From assembly GCA_020851795.1 (NCBI GenBank), contig JADZCA010000001.1:3661-67660 (forward strand): DNA of 64,000 nt, written 5' to 3'. Shown here piece by piece: positions 1 through 9,644 of this stretch. The first letter of the stretch is position 1. Each line of letters opens with the position of its first letter. Both the position numbers and the translations under genes were made by a program. The DNA is from Planctomycetota bacterium. Lineage in GTDB: Bacteria > Planctomycetota > PLA2 > JAEUHO01. The notes beneath the pieces are model-generated. The model was given only the letters and a program-made list of their open reading frames with translations. It was not told the origin of the DNA and ran no database searches.

Positions 1-1680
1 CAGCGCCCGCGCGATCGGCGCCGCGCCGTGCGCGAGCACCGCGGCCGCGGGGCCCTGCGCGACGACGCGCCCGCCTTCGGTGCCGGCGCCCGGGCCGAGC
101 TCGACGACGTGGTCGGCGTCGGCGAGCACCGCGGGGTCGTGCTCGACGCAGACCACGGTGTTCCCGTCGGCGACGAGCGCGCGCAGGCGCGCCCGCAGCG
201 GGGCACGGTCGGCGACGTGCAGCCCCGTCGTGGGTTCGTCGAGCAGGAAGAGCAGGCCGCTCATCCGCGCGGCGCACGCCGCGGCGAGGCGTGCGCGCGA
301 GAGCTCGCCGCGCGAGAGCGCCGCGGCCGGCCGCGCGAGCTCGACGTAGCCGAGCCCCACGTCCTCGAGGAAGCGCAGGCGCGCGACGGCGTCGTCGCGC
401 ACGGGGCGCGCGAGCGCGCCCTCGGCGCCGGCGAGCGCGAGCCCGGCGATCGTCGCGCGGGCGGCGGCCGCGCTCGACGCGAGCAGGTCGGGCAGCGTCG
501 TCCCCTCGAGGCTCGCCGCGGCGGGGAACGGGGCGAGCCGCCGTCCGCCGCACGCCGCGCAGGGCCGCTCGGTGGCGAAGCGCTCCCACCGACCCGCGGC
601 GACGAGCAGCCCGAGGAGTCCGGGCCCGCCGTCCTCGCCGAGCAGGTCGCGTCGCACGCGCTCGGGCAGCGACGCGACGGGGGCGCGGGCCTCGACCTTG
701 CCGGCCGCGAGCGCGCGGGCGAACGCCTTCGCGGCCGTCGCGCGCCGCGCCTTGCCCACGGCGCCGAGCACCGCGGCGCGGGCGCGCGAGAGCCGGGCGT
801 CGCGGGGCAGGACGCGCTCGGGGTCGAGGTGCGGCACCGTGCCGAGGCCTTGGCAGCCGCCGCACGCGCCCGCGGTCGCGTTGGGCGAGAGGAGCGTCGG
901 CGAGAGCGGCGGGAACGTGGCGCCGCACGTCGCGCAGAAGGGCCGGCTCGAGAACGCCACCTCGCTCGGGGCGACGCCGCCCCCGGGCTCGACGAGCGCC
1001 GTCAGCACGCCGCCGCCCGTCGAGAAGCCCTGGTCCACGCTGTCGGCGAAGCGCGTCCGCGCGTCGCGCCGCACGACGAGGCGGTCCACGACGACCTCGA
1101 CCGGCGCGTCGGGGGGCACCGCCTCCGTCGCGGCGCCCTCGTCGAGGCGCAGCATGCGGCCGGCCGCGCGCGCGCGCACGAAGCCGTCGCGGCGGGCCGC
1201 CTCGAGCGCGTCGGGCCCGCGGCCGCGGGGCGCGAGCAGCACGACGCGCGTGCCCTCGGGGCGCGCGAGCAGGTCCTCGATCACGCGCTCGGGCGGGACG
1301 GCCGCGACGGCGCGTCCGCACGTCGGGCAGCGGGGCTCCGCGGCCCGCGCCCACAGCGCGCGCAGGCCGTCGAGGAGGTCGGCGACCGACGCGAGCGTCT
1401 CGCGCGGGCCGGGGGCGCGCGTCGGGAAGCCCGCCACCACCGCGGGCGGCAGGCCCTCGATGCGGTCCACGTCGGGCCGGGCGATCGACTCCGCGCCCGC
1501 GCCCCGCTCCATCGTGCCGAGGAAGCGCCGGTACGACTCGGCGCCGAGCGTGTCGAGCACGAGGGACGACTTCCCCGAGCCCGAGACGCCGCAGACGACC
1601 GTCCACGCGTCGCGCGGCAGGTCGAGGTCGATGCCCTTCAGGTGGTGGGTCCGCGCGCCGCGGACGACGATGGAGCGCAC
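1..1680 (-). CDS. UvrA-family ABC ATPase (excinuclease ABC subunit A or a paralog); N-terminal 560 codons, C-terminus lies outside the window
   Basis: It is absent from the ORF track because it runs off the window edge. My minus-strand translation from GTG at 1680 gives VRSIVVRGARTHHLKGIDLDLPRDAWTVVCGVSGSGKSSLVLDTLGAESYRRF (UvrA N-terminus plus Walker A). Further motifs: CPTCG and CATCG...GACGGCQGLG zinc modules, LSRGELSRARLA signature, LLFLLDEPTTGLH Walker B, NTVVCVEHD. The frame stays open to nt 1. The opposite-strand track ORF 28..1962 is Arg/Gly/Ala-rich junk. Confidence 0.8.
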   Translation of the reverse strand, partial: MRSIVVRGARTHHLKGIDLDLPRDAWTVVCGVSGSGKSSLVLDTLGAESYRRFLGTMERGAGAESIARPDVDRIEGLPPAVVAGFPTRAPGPRETLASVADLLDGLRALWARAAEPRCPTCGRAVAAVPPERVIEDLLARPEGTRVVLLAPRGRGPDALEAARRDGFVRARAAGRMLRLDEGAATEAVPPDAPVEVVVDRLVVRRDARTRFADSVDQGFSTGGGVLTALVEPGGGVAPSEVAFSSRPFCATCGATFPPLSPTLLSPNATAGACGGCQGLGTVPHLDPERVLPRDARLSRARAAVLGAVGKARRATAAKAFARALAAGKVEARAPVASLPERVRRDLLGEDGGPGLLGLLVAAGRWERFATERPCAACGGRRLAPFPAAASLEGTTLPDLLASSAAAARATIAGLALAGAEGALARPVRDDAVARLRFLEDVGLGYVELARPAAALSRGELSRARLAAACAARMSGLLFLLDEPTTGLHVADRAPLRARLRALVADGNTVVCVEHDPAVLADADHVVELGPGAGTEGGRVVAQGPAAAVLAHGAAPIARAL

Positions 1681-1808
1681 GCGACGGAGTCTACGCCCCG
1701 CCCGGGATCGCCCGCACCGGCGGCCCTCGTGCCCGCGGGCCGGGTCCGCCTCGACGCGCGGGGCCCGTGGCGACGTCGGTCGCCCCGGGGCCCGCGCCGT
1801 CGCGCCGG

Positions 1809-4370
1809 TCAGACCACGGTCGCGCGGACCTTGAGCGCGCGCTCGACCTCGGCGGTGCGCTCGATGAGCCCGCGGCGCAGGTGCGCCGGCAGGTCGCCGC
1901 GCGTCGCGAGGAACGCCTTGCTCTTCTCGACGGTGGCGGGCTCGACGTGGAAGCCGGGGTAGAGCGCGTTGACGAAGGCCGCGCCGAAGTGCAGATCGCG
2001 CCCCGACGTCGCCGGCGCGAGGTCGTCGAAGTAGCGCTGCGCGTAGGGACGCAGCACCTCGCGCTGGTGCGGCCAGTGGAAGGCGCCCATGCCCTCGCGC
2101 AGGAGGTCGAGGCGGTCGGCGCCGCCGCGGAAGCGGGCCCACGCCTCGTCCTTCGCCTTCGGGTCGGGCCGCGCGACGCGGGCGCGGAACGCGGCGCGCT
2201 CGCCCCGCTCGGACGGGTCGGCGGCCTTCTCCTTGCCCCAGAGCGCCTCGGCGCGCGGGTGGGCGAACGCGCACAGGCGCGTCACGAGGCCCCAGCGGCG
2301 CTCGGGGTCGAGCGTGAGCCCCTCGATCGTCTCGCGGCCCTCGAGCAGCGCGACGAGGCGGTCGAGCGCGGCCGGCGTCTCCGACGTCGAGGACATCACG
2401 TCGAACCACGCCTTGGCGAGGTCGCTGCCCGCGGGCGCGCGGCGCGCCTGCTCGAGCGCGACCTCGTTGACGGCCGCGACGGCCGCGGGGCGGCGCGCGT
2501 CGGGCAGGTAGAGGTCGAGCACCGACTTCACCTGGCGGTGCAGCGCCGAGACGAGCTTGTCGTTGGTCTCGAGGCCCGCCTTGGCGACGAAGAGGTCCAC
2601 GAACGCCGTCGGCGGCGCCTGCTGGTCGCGCACCATCATGTGGACCGTGGACCAGATCTCCGTGCGCAGCATCGCGCCGGGCAGCCGCTCGAGGTTCTCG
2701 GTCGCGTAGGCGAGCGAGGCGGGGTCGAGGTAGGCCTTCGCGTACGCGTGGTCCTCGTGGTTGACCAGCACGAACACCGGCGACTCGACGCCGACGAGCC
2801 CGTCCACGGTCGCCTCGCGGCCCTCCACGGTCACGTCGGAGGCCTTCGAGAGGAAGGGGTCGCCGCCGGGCCCCGCGCCGTAGACGGCGACGCGCACGCG
2901 GTGCGGGCGGAGCACGCCGTCGCCGTTGCCCGGCGTCTGCGTGATGCGGACCTCCTTGATGCGGCCGCCCTCGACGTGCACCTCGGGCACGAGCCCGTTG
3001 ACGCCCGACGTCTTGAGCCACGCCTTCGACCACGCGTCGAGGTCCTTGCGCGACGCCTCGCCGATCGCGGCGAGGAAGTCGGCGCAGCGGGCGTTGCCGC
3101 CCGCGTTGGCGCGCAGGTAGGCGGCCACGCCGGCGCGGAACGACTCCTCGCCCGCGTAGAAGGAGAGCTGCTTGAGGACCGACGCGCCCTTCCCGTAGGT
3201 GATGCCGTCGAAGTTGGTGAACGCGTTGACGGTGTCGGCCACCTCGGTGGCGATCGGGTGGGTGGTCGGCAGCTCGTCCTGCCAGTAGGCCCAGCGCTTC
3301 TCGTCCTGGCGGAACGCCTCGAAGCCGTCCTTGAACCGCGTCGCGCGCACGAGCGCGAGCGTGGCGAGGTAGGTCGCGAACGACTCGTTGAGCCAGAGGT
3401 CGTCCCACCACTCCATCGTCACGAGGTCGCCGAACCACATGTGCGCCATCTCGTGCAGGATCGTGACGGCGCGGCCGCGGCGCTCGCGCTCGGTGGCGGC
3501 GTGGCGGTGGAGCATCCGGTCGCTGTGCACGACGCACGCGACGTTCTCCATCGCGCCCATGTTGTAGTCGGGCACGAAGACCTGGTCGTACTTGCCGTAC
3601 GGGTACGGGATGCCGAAGTAGCCCTCGAAGAAGTCGAAGCCCTGCCGCGTGAGCTCGAAGATCTCGTCCACGTCCACGTACGGCGCCATCGACTGGCGCG
3701 CGAGCAGGCGCGAGGGGATCCGCGCGGTCTCGTCGGTCCACACCTTGTACGGGCCGGCGCACACCGCGACGACGTAGGTCGAGAAGCGCTCGGTGCGCGC
3801 GAAGCGGTGGCGGCGCCCCTCGGCGACGTCCTCGGCGGCCGTCTCGCTGCCGTTGGCGACGACGACCCAGTCGGCGGGCGCGGTGACGGTGACCGCGTAG
3901 GTGGCCTTGAGGTCGGGCTGGTCGAAGCAGGGGAAGAAGCGGTTCGCGTTGAACGGCTCGCAGTCGGAGAACACGTACTCGCGGCCGTCGGCCGGGTCCA
4001 CGGCCTTGTAGAGGCCCGAGCCGTCCTGGTCGAAGTCGTTCTCGAACGCGACGACGATCGTGTTGCGGCCCTCGACGAGCGTCGCCTCGGGGAGCGCGAT
4101 CCGGTGCGCGGCCACGGTCAGCGAGGCCGGCGCGCCGTTGACGGTCGCGGAGACGATCTTGCGCCCTTGGAAGTCGAGGAAGAGCCCGTCGCGGTGCCGC
4201 CCGAGGTCGCAGTCCACCGTGACCTCGCCGCGGTACGACGCCGACTTTTCGGGGAGCACGAGGTCGAGCGCGTAGTCCACGCGCGCGACCTGCGCCTTGC
4301 GCCGCGCGGCCTCCGCCTTCGAGAGGCAGGCGCGTCCGTGGTGGGCCGTGGGTCCGTCGTGTCGGTGCAT
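1809..4370 (-). CDS. pepN: Aminopeptidase N (M1 zinc metallopeptidase)
   Basis: This is the last 853 codons of the 3785-aa track ORF 1809..13166, with an in-frame ATG at 4370. Motifs: GAMEN exopeptidase motif (YNMGAMENV) and HEMAHMWFGD-x18-E zinc site (WLNESFATY). Normal amino-acid composition starts at this ATG. Confidence 0.93.
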   Translation of the reverse strand: MHRHDGPTAHHGRACLSKAEAARRKAQVARVDYALDLVLPEKSASYRGEVTVDCDLGRHRDGLFLDFQGRKIVSATVNGAPASLTVAAHRIALPEATLVEGRNTIVVAFENDFDQDGSGLYKAVDPADGREYVFSDCEPFNANRFFPCFDQPDLKATYAVTVTAPADWVVVANGSETAAEDVAEGRRHRFARTERFSTYVVAVCAGPYKVWTDETARIPSRLLARQSMAPYVDVDEIFELTRQGFDFFEGYFGIPYPYGKYDQVFVPDYNMGAMENVACVVHSDRMLHRHAATERERRGRAVTILHEMAHMWFGDLVTMEWWDDLWLNESFATYLATLALVRATRFKDGFEAFRQDEKRWAYWQDELPTTHPIATEVADTVNAFTNFDGITYGKGASVLKQLSFYAGEESFRAGVAAYLRANAGGNARCADFLAAIGEASRKDLDAWSKAWLKTSGVNGLVPEVHVEGGRIKEVRITQTPGNGDGVLRPHRVRVAVYGAGPGGDPFLSKASDVTVEGREATVDGLVGVESPVFVLVNHEDHAYAKAYLDPASLAYATENLERLPGAMLRTEIWSTVHMMVRDQQAPPTAFVDLFVAKAGLETNDKLVSALHRQVKSVLDLYLPDARRPAAVAAVNEVALEQARRAPAGSDLAKAWFDVMSSTSETPAALDRLVALLEGRETIEGLTLDPERRWGLVTRLCAFAHPRAEALWGKEKAADPSERGERAAFRARVARPDPKAKDEAWARFRGGADRLDLLREGMGAFHWPHQREVLRPYAQRYFDDLAPATSGRDLHFGAAFVNALYPGFHVEPATVEKSKAFLATRGDLPAHLRRGLIERTAEVERALKVRATVV

Positions 4371-4574
4371 CGTCGCCGTCCGTGGGTTTCGCCGCCCCGG
4401 CCGGGGCGGAAGGGGGCGAATGTACCCGTCACGAGCGCCGACTCCGGCCGGTGGCGCCGACGATGGTTGTAGAGGGCAAGCGATCTCGTCCCGCCGCCGG
4501 GCCGGGGGCGGCGCGAGGCGGAAGGCCGACCCGACGCTCGCCCCGCGCCGCGTCCGCGGCGGGGCGCCTCGGCC

Positions 4575-5408
4575 GTGGGCTTGGCTCCGTGCGGCCCGCG
4601 CGGCACCCTGCGCGGCGTGCACGTCGTCGTCACGCCGAGCGAGCCGTCCCCGCGCACCGTCTGGACGGTCGTCGCCGACGAGCGCCCGCGGGGGCGGCTC
4701 GAGGGGCGGCGCTACCCGGGCGGGCTCGTCGTCGTGGACCGCCTCGTGGTCGAGGCGGGGGCCGCGCCCTCCGACGTCGTGAGGGCGCTCGCGGACGCGC
4801 TCGCGCAGGGGCTCGTGGCGCGCGAGGCGGAAGTGCTCGTGGTCGAGCGCGAAGAGCTCGCGCCGCTCGCGGTCGCGCTGCCCGCCGCGGGGCTGCGCGT
4901 GCGGCGTCGCAAGGTGTTCGTCGAGCGCGAGCTCTCGACCGTGCGACCGGCGTCGGAGGCCGCGTTCACGACGCGCTCGCTCGCCGACGTCGGCGAGGCG
5001 GCGTTCCTCGAGCGGCTGACGCTCGCGTCGGAGGGTGACCCCTTCGAGGCGCGGGAAGGCGTGCCCCGCGACGTCGAGCGCGAGTGGCGCGACCTCGTGG
5101 CGTCCGCGGGACCGCGTCTCGACCCGTCGCGGTGGTGGCTCGCCGACGACGCGGCGGGGCCCGTCGGGGTCGTGCTGCCGCAGCGCGTGAACGCGACGAC
5201 CGGCACGCTCTCCTATGTCGGCGTGCTCCCGGCGCGTCGGGGACGCGGGATGGGCCGAGCGCTGCACGCGTTCGGACTCGGGTGCCTCGCAGCCGGCGGC
5301 CTCGTGCGGTACGTCGGCTCGACCGACGTGCGCAACGCCGCGATGCGACGCGTCTTCGCCGTCAACGACTGTCCCGTGCGCGGCACCGAGTCGTACTGGG
5401 GCCGCTGA
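4575..5408 (+). CDS. GNAT-family N-acetyltransferase
   Basis: Track ORF with the acetyl-CoA binding block YVGVLPARRGRGMGRALHAFGL (GNAT motif A). The start is ambiguous: GTG 4575 or the in-frame GTG 4617. Confidence 0.7.
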   Translation: MGLAPCGPRGTLRGVHVVVTPSEPSPRTVWTVVADERPRGRLEGRRYPGGLVVVDRLVVEAGAAPSDVVRALADALAQGLVAREAEVLVVEREELAPLAVALPAAGLRVRRRKVFVERELSTVRPASEAAFTTRSLADVGEAAFLERLTLASEGDPFEAREGVPRDVEREWRDLVASAGPRLDPSRWWLADDAAGPVGVVLPQRVNATTGTLSYVGVLPARRGRGMGRALHAFGLGCLAAGGLVRYVGSTDVRNAAMRRVFAVNDCPVRGTESYWGR

Positions 5409-5495
5409 CGTCCCGGCAGGCGGGCGGGCCCCGCGCGACGGCGGATCGGCCGACGGGCGCCGGCGGGGCGTGGCGGTGCGGCTAGGATCGCCGCC

Positions 5496-6788
5496 GTGCC
5501 GTGGTTCCGACGATCGCCGTCCGCCCGCGCCGGCCGGGCCGCACCCGCCGCCCCCGCCGCCGACGGCGCGCCGCCCGTGCGCCTCGACGACCCGAAGCGC
5601 CTGCGACGGGTCGTGGACCGCGTCCTCTCGGCGCCGCCGCCGGCCGATCCCACCGCGGCCGCCGCGTCGATCCCGTCCGCCCTCGACGAGATCGGGCCCG
5701 AGCTCGGGGTGCGCGCGCTCGCGTGGTTCTCCGCGTCGGGCGGCGTGTTCGAGCGTCGCCGGGTGGTCGGGGCGGAGATGCGGTTCGTCGAGACCGTGGA
5801 CGGCCCGATCGCGCTGCGGCTGGCGCCGAGGCCGCGTCGCGCCCACGTCTACCTCGACCCGCGCGAGGCGGCCGCGCCCGCCGCGCTGGGCCTCATGGCG
5901 CCGGCGCCGAGCGCGGCGTTCCGTTTCGACGCCGCGCCGCACGAGTCGCTCGTGCTCGTCGCGCTGCACGACGGCGCCGACCCGCACGTCACGGAGTTCG
6001 TGCTCGGGACGCTCGCGTCGGCGCTGAGCGCACGGGCCTTGCAGGACCGCTGGCGTCGCTCGCTCGACGAGGCCGCCGAGATCCAGCGCGGCCTGCTCCC
6101 GTCGTCGATCCCCGAGGTGGCCGGGCTCGCCGTCGCGGCGCGCTCCGTCGCCGCCGAGGACGTCGGCGGCGACCTCTACGACTTCTTCCCGTTCGGGCCC
6201 GGCACGCTCGGGATCGCGGTGGGCGACGCGAGCGGGCACGGCCTCCCCGCCGCGCTGGTCGCTCGCGACGTCGTCGTCGGGATGCGCGTCGGCCTCGACC
6301 GCGGCCTCCGCGTGGGCGGCGTGCTCTCCCGCCTCAACCGCGTGCTGCGCGCCGGCGTCCCCGAGCGCGCGTTCGCCTCGCTCGTCTACGTCGAGGCCCA
6401 CGCCGACGGCGCGCTCGAGTACGCCTGCGCCGGCCACCCGCCCCCGCTCCTCGTCCGGCGCCACACCTACACCGCGCTGCGCCAAGGCGGCCCCGTGCTC
6501 GGTCCGGTCGAGCACGTCGCCTACCGGCGCACGTCGGCACGGCTCGAGCGGGGCGAGACGCTCGTCCTCTACACCGACGGCGTGACCGAGAGGCGGGACG
6601 CCTCGGGCGAGCTCTACGGCGAGGAGCGCCTCGCGGCGGCGGTCGGGGCGCGCTCCGGGCTCCCGGCGGACGCCGCGCTCGAGGGCGTGCTCGACGACGT
6701 GCGCGCGTTCGGCGACGGCGCCCCTTGGGCGGACGACCTGACGCTCGTGCTCGTCCGCCGGACCGGCGCCGGCAAGAGCGCGCGCTGA
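5496..6788 (+). CDS. PP2C/SpoIIE-family serine phosphatase with N-terminal sensor-like region
   Basis: Track ORF. The C-terminal ~240 aa carry PPM/SpoIIE blocks: VGGDLYDFF, GIAVGDASGHGLPAAL, LVLYTDGVTE, DDLTLVLV. The N-terminal ~190 aa have no motif I can name. Confidence 0.85.
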   Translation: MPWFRRSPSARAGRAAPAAPAADGAPPVRLDDPKRLRRVVDRVLSAPPPADPTAAAASIPSALDEIGPELGVRALAWFSASGGVFERRRVVGAEMRFVETVDGPIALRLAPRPRRAHVYLDPREAAAPAALGLMAPAPSAAFRFDAAPHESLVLVALHDGADPHVTEFVLGTLASALSARALQDRWRRSLDEAAEIQRGLLPSSIPEVAGLAVAARSVAAEDVGGDLYDFFPFGPGTLGIAVGDASGHGLPAALVARDVVVGMRVGLDRGLRVGGVLSRLNRVLRAGVPERAFASLVYVEAHADGALEYACAGHPPPLLVRRHTYTALRQGGPVLGPVEHVAYRRTSARLERGETLVLYTDGVTERRDASGELYGEERLAAAVGARSGLPADAALEGVLDDVRAFGDGAPWADDLTLVLVRRTGAGKSAR

Positions 6789-6811
6789 TCGCGGCCGGAC
6801 GCGGCCCGCGC

Positions 6812-8083
6812 TCAGCGCGGCGTCCACGCGACGCGGAGCGCGTCGGGGCCGGCGAGCCGCCACCAGCCCCGCTCGCGCAGGGGCGTCGCGTCGAGCACCT
6901 CGACGTGGTCCCCCCGCTCGATCGAGAGGACGCGCGCCCGCGTGGCCTCGTCGGCCAGCGTGCGCTCGAGGAGGTCGAAGGTCGCCCGCGTGCCGTCGGC
7001 CCCCAGCGCGGTGAACGCGCGGCGGCCCTTCAGGCGCGCGAACGGCGACGTCAGCCGCACGCGCCGCGGCGCGGCGGGGAAGGCGGGCGCGGGCGTGCGC
7101 GAGAGCGCGACGAAGGAGAACGTGAGCTCGTCGAGCGAGCGCCGCAGCGTGCGGTTGAGCCGCACGAGGCTGCGGGGCTTGCGCCAGCGGCGCACCTCGT
7201 GGTCCACGAAGCGCAGGTCGTCGTGGGGGAGGGCGACGCGCCCGTCGAGGTCGGGCGCGAGCGCGTGGAGCGCGCCGGAAGCCACCAGCGGCCGGGCGAG
7301 GTCGCGCAGCCGCGACGCGGTCTCGCGCAGGGCGGGCTCGACGACGAGCAGCACCCCGTCGTCGGCGAGGAGGCCCGACAGCGAGGCGAGCCAGGCGCGC
7401 GCCGCGTCGTCGGCGGGCGGCGGGAACGCCTCGTTGAGCGCGAAGGAGACCACCACGAGGTGAAACGGCGCCCGCGCGAGCACCGCCGGCGCGGGCCCCG
7501 CGGCGAGGTCGGCCACCACGGTCTCGACGTCGAGGCGACGGTCCGACGACGGGACGGCCTCGACCGCGGCCACGAAGTCGCGCAGGCTCTCGGCCGAGCG
7601 GTCCACGGCCAGGAGGCGCGCGCGCAGCGTCGGGTCCCGGGCGACCAGCCAGTGGGCGGCCCCCCAGCCCGCCGCGCCCAGCCCCGCGCCGAGGTCGAGC
7701 ACCGAGACGACGCCGTCGCGCCCGAGCGCGCGCCCGCGCGCCTCGACGACCTCGGCGAGCGCCAGCCGCGTGCGGACCCACGTCTGCGGCACGAAGAAGA
7801 GGCCGTAGGCGACCCGGCTCTCGGTGTCGCCGCCGTAGTCGGGGAACGCCACGGGCCTCGCGGTCGTGAACAGCTCGGAGAGGCGCGTGGCGGCGGGGGC
7901 GACGCGGTCGATCGCCTCGCCTTCCGACGAGCGCGGGGCCTTCGCGTGCGCCATCGCGACCCACACGCGCTCGAGCGCCTCGGGGTAGGCGTAGACCGAC
8001 GCGGGCGACTCGACGGGCTTCACGGGGGCGGCTCCGCGCGGCTCGCCCCGCGCCGGGTGCGCGGGCGTGCCGTGCACGGTCAT
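6812..8083 (-). CDS. Class I SAM-dependent methyltransferase (Rsm22-like architecture possible)
   Basis: This is the last 423 codons of track ORF 6812..8770, with an in-frame ATG at 8083. SAM motif I is VSVLDLGAGLGAAGWG. The upstream part of the ORF is Arg/Pro/Ala-rich. Confidence 0.75.
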   Translation of the reverse strand: MTVHGTPAHPARGEPRGAAPVKPVESPASVYAYPEALERVWVAMAHAKAPRSSEGEAIDRVAPAATRLSELFTTARPVAFPDYGGDTESRVAYGLFFVPQTWVRTRLALAEVVEARGRALGRDGVVSVLDLGAGLGAAGWGAAHWLVARDPTLRARLLAVDRSAESLRDFVAAVEAVPSSDRRLDVETVVADLAAGPAPAVLARAPFHLVVVSFALNEAFPPPADDAARAWLASLSGLLADDGVLLVVEPALRETASRLRDLARPLVASGALHALAPDLDGRVALPHDDLRFVDHEVRRWRKPRSLVRLNRTLRRSLDELTFSFVALSRTPAPAFPAAPRRVRLTSPFARLKGRRAFTALGADGTRATFDLLERTLADEATRARVLSIERGDHVEVLDATPLRERGWWRLAGPDALRVAWTPR

Positions 8084-8381
8084 CGTCGCGCGCCGCGCCC
8101 GGCCATGGGAGCTCCGTCGAGGAGCCCGTCCCGGTCGTGGGCTGCCGGGAGGCACGGGCCCGGGACGGGAGCCGACGGGCCGGAGACGGCGGGGCCCGTC
8201 TGCGCACCGCGCGCGCCGCCGCCGCCGCCGTGGACCCGATCCCGTGGACCCGACGGTGCGCGGCCGCGACGCGGCTCCGCTCGCCGCACCGTCGCCCCGT
8301 CCGTGCGGACGCCACCGCGAGCGCCCCGCTCGGAGTCGATCGTCCCTCGCGCGCGGCGGGCGGCGCCCTACAGTGGGGCCG

Positions 8382-9587
8382 ATGCGCGACTCCCGCCTCC
8401 TCTTCGCGAGCGTGCTGCTGCGTGCGCTCTCGATCGGGCTCGTCGGCGTGCTGCTCGCGTTCCACCTCGGGCGCGCGGGCTTCGACGAGGTGCAGATCGG
8501 CGCCGCCGTCTCCGCGGGCCTGTGGGGGATGGGGGCCGCGACCCTCGCGGTGGGCGTGTGGGGCGACGCGCTGGGCCGCCGCCGCACGCTCGCCGGGCTC
8601 GCCGCGCTCTCGGCGGCGGGCGTCGCCGCCGCGGCGGCCGGGGCCGCGCCCGCCCTCGCGCTCGTCCTGGGCTTCGTCGGGATGCTCAACGGCGCCGGGC
8701 GCGACCGCGGCGCGCTGCCCGCCCTCGAGCAGGCCGTGCTCGCCTCCGCCGTCGAGGACGTGCGCCGCACGCGGTCGTTCGCCGTCTACAACCTCGTCGC
8801 CGACGCGGGGCTCGCCGGCGGCGCCGTGCTCGTCTGGGTCGCGCGCCGCGCCTCGGGGAACGAGACGCCCCCGGCGACGCTGCAGGCCGCGGGGATGTGG
8901 GCCGCCGCGGGGCTGCTCGCCGCGACCGCGTTGCTCTACGCGCGCCTCTCGCCCCGGGTGGAGCCGGCGGTCCGCGCCACCCGCGCACGGCTCTCGAAGG
9001 CGTCGCGCGGCAAGGTCGCGCGGATCTGCGCGCTGTTCGCGCTCGACGGCGTGGGGGGCGGCTTCGTCGCCGCGACGTTCCTCTCGCTGTTCTTCCGCGA
9101 GCGCTTCGACGCCTCCGCCGAGACCGTGGCCCTGCTCTTCGCCGGCTCGCGCGTGCTCAACGCGCTCTCGCACCTCGGCGCCGCGTGGCTCGCCAAGCGC
9201 ATCGGGCTCGTCAACACGATGGTGTTCACGCACGCGCCCTCGAGCGTCCTGCTCTTCACCGTCACGATCGCGCCGACCTTCCCCGTCGCGGCGCTGCTCT
9301 ACCTGCTGCGCGAGGGGCTCGTCGAGATGGACGTGCCCACGCGGCAGTCCTACGTCATGGCGATCGTGCGGCCGGAGGAGCGCACGGCCGTCAGCGCGGT
9401 GACCAACCTCGTCCGCATCGCGTCGTGGGCCGTCGCCGCCGCCGTGGCCGGGCCGCTCATGCGCGACGTCGGCATCGAGGTCCCGATGGCGATCGCCGCG
9501 GGCCTCAAGCTCACTTACGACGCGCTGCTCTACGTCGCCTTCCGGCGCACCCGGCCCCCGGAGGAGGGGGGCGCGACCCCCGGGTAG
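8382..9587 (+). CDS. MFS transporter
   Basis: The ATG at 8382 is in frame with track ORF 8067..9587. There are about 12 hydrophobic helices and MFS motif A (GVWGDALGRRRTL). Confidence 0.85.
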   Translation: MRDSRLLFASVLLRALSIGLVGVLLAFHLGRAGFDEVQIGAAVSAGLWGMGAATLAVGVWGDALGRRRTLAGLAALSAAGVAAAAAGAAPALALVLGFVGMLNGAGRDRGALPALEQAVLASAVEDVRRTRSFAVYNLVADAGLAGGAVLVWVARRASGNETPPATLQAAGMWAAAGLLAATALLYARLSPRVEPAVRATRARLSKASRGKVARICALFALDGVGGGFVAATFLSLFFRERFDASAETVALLFAGSRVLNALSHLGAAWLAKRIGLVNTMVFTHAPSSVLLFTVTIAPTFPVAALLYLLREGLVEMDVPTRQSYVMAIVRPEERTAVSAVTNLVRIASWAVAAAVAGPLMRDVGIEVPMAIAAGLKLTYDALLYVAFRRTRPPEEGGATPG

Positions 9588-9644
9588 CGCCACGGGCCCC
9601 GCGCCGTGCAACGGGGAGCGCCTCCCGTGCGAATCCACGGTGGA

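Noticed and set aside
28-4472. Plus-strand track ORFs 28..1962 (644 aa) and 291..4472 (1393 aa).
   Set aside because: Their composition is poly-Arg/Ala/Gly/Pro with no motifs. The opposite strand encodes clear UvrA-like and PepN proteins over the same nucleotides.
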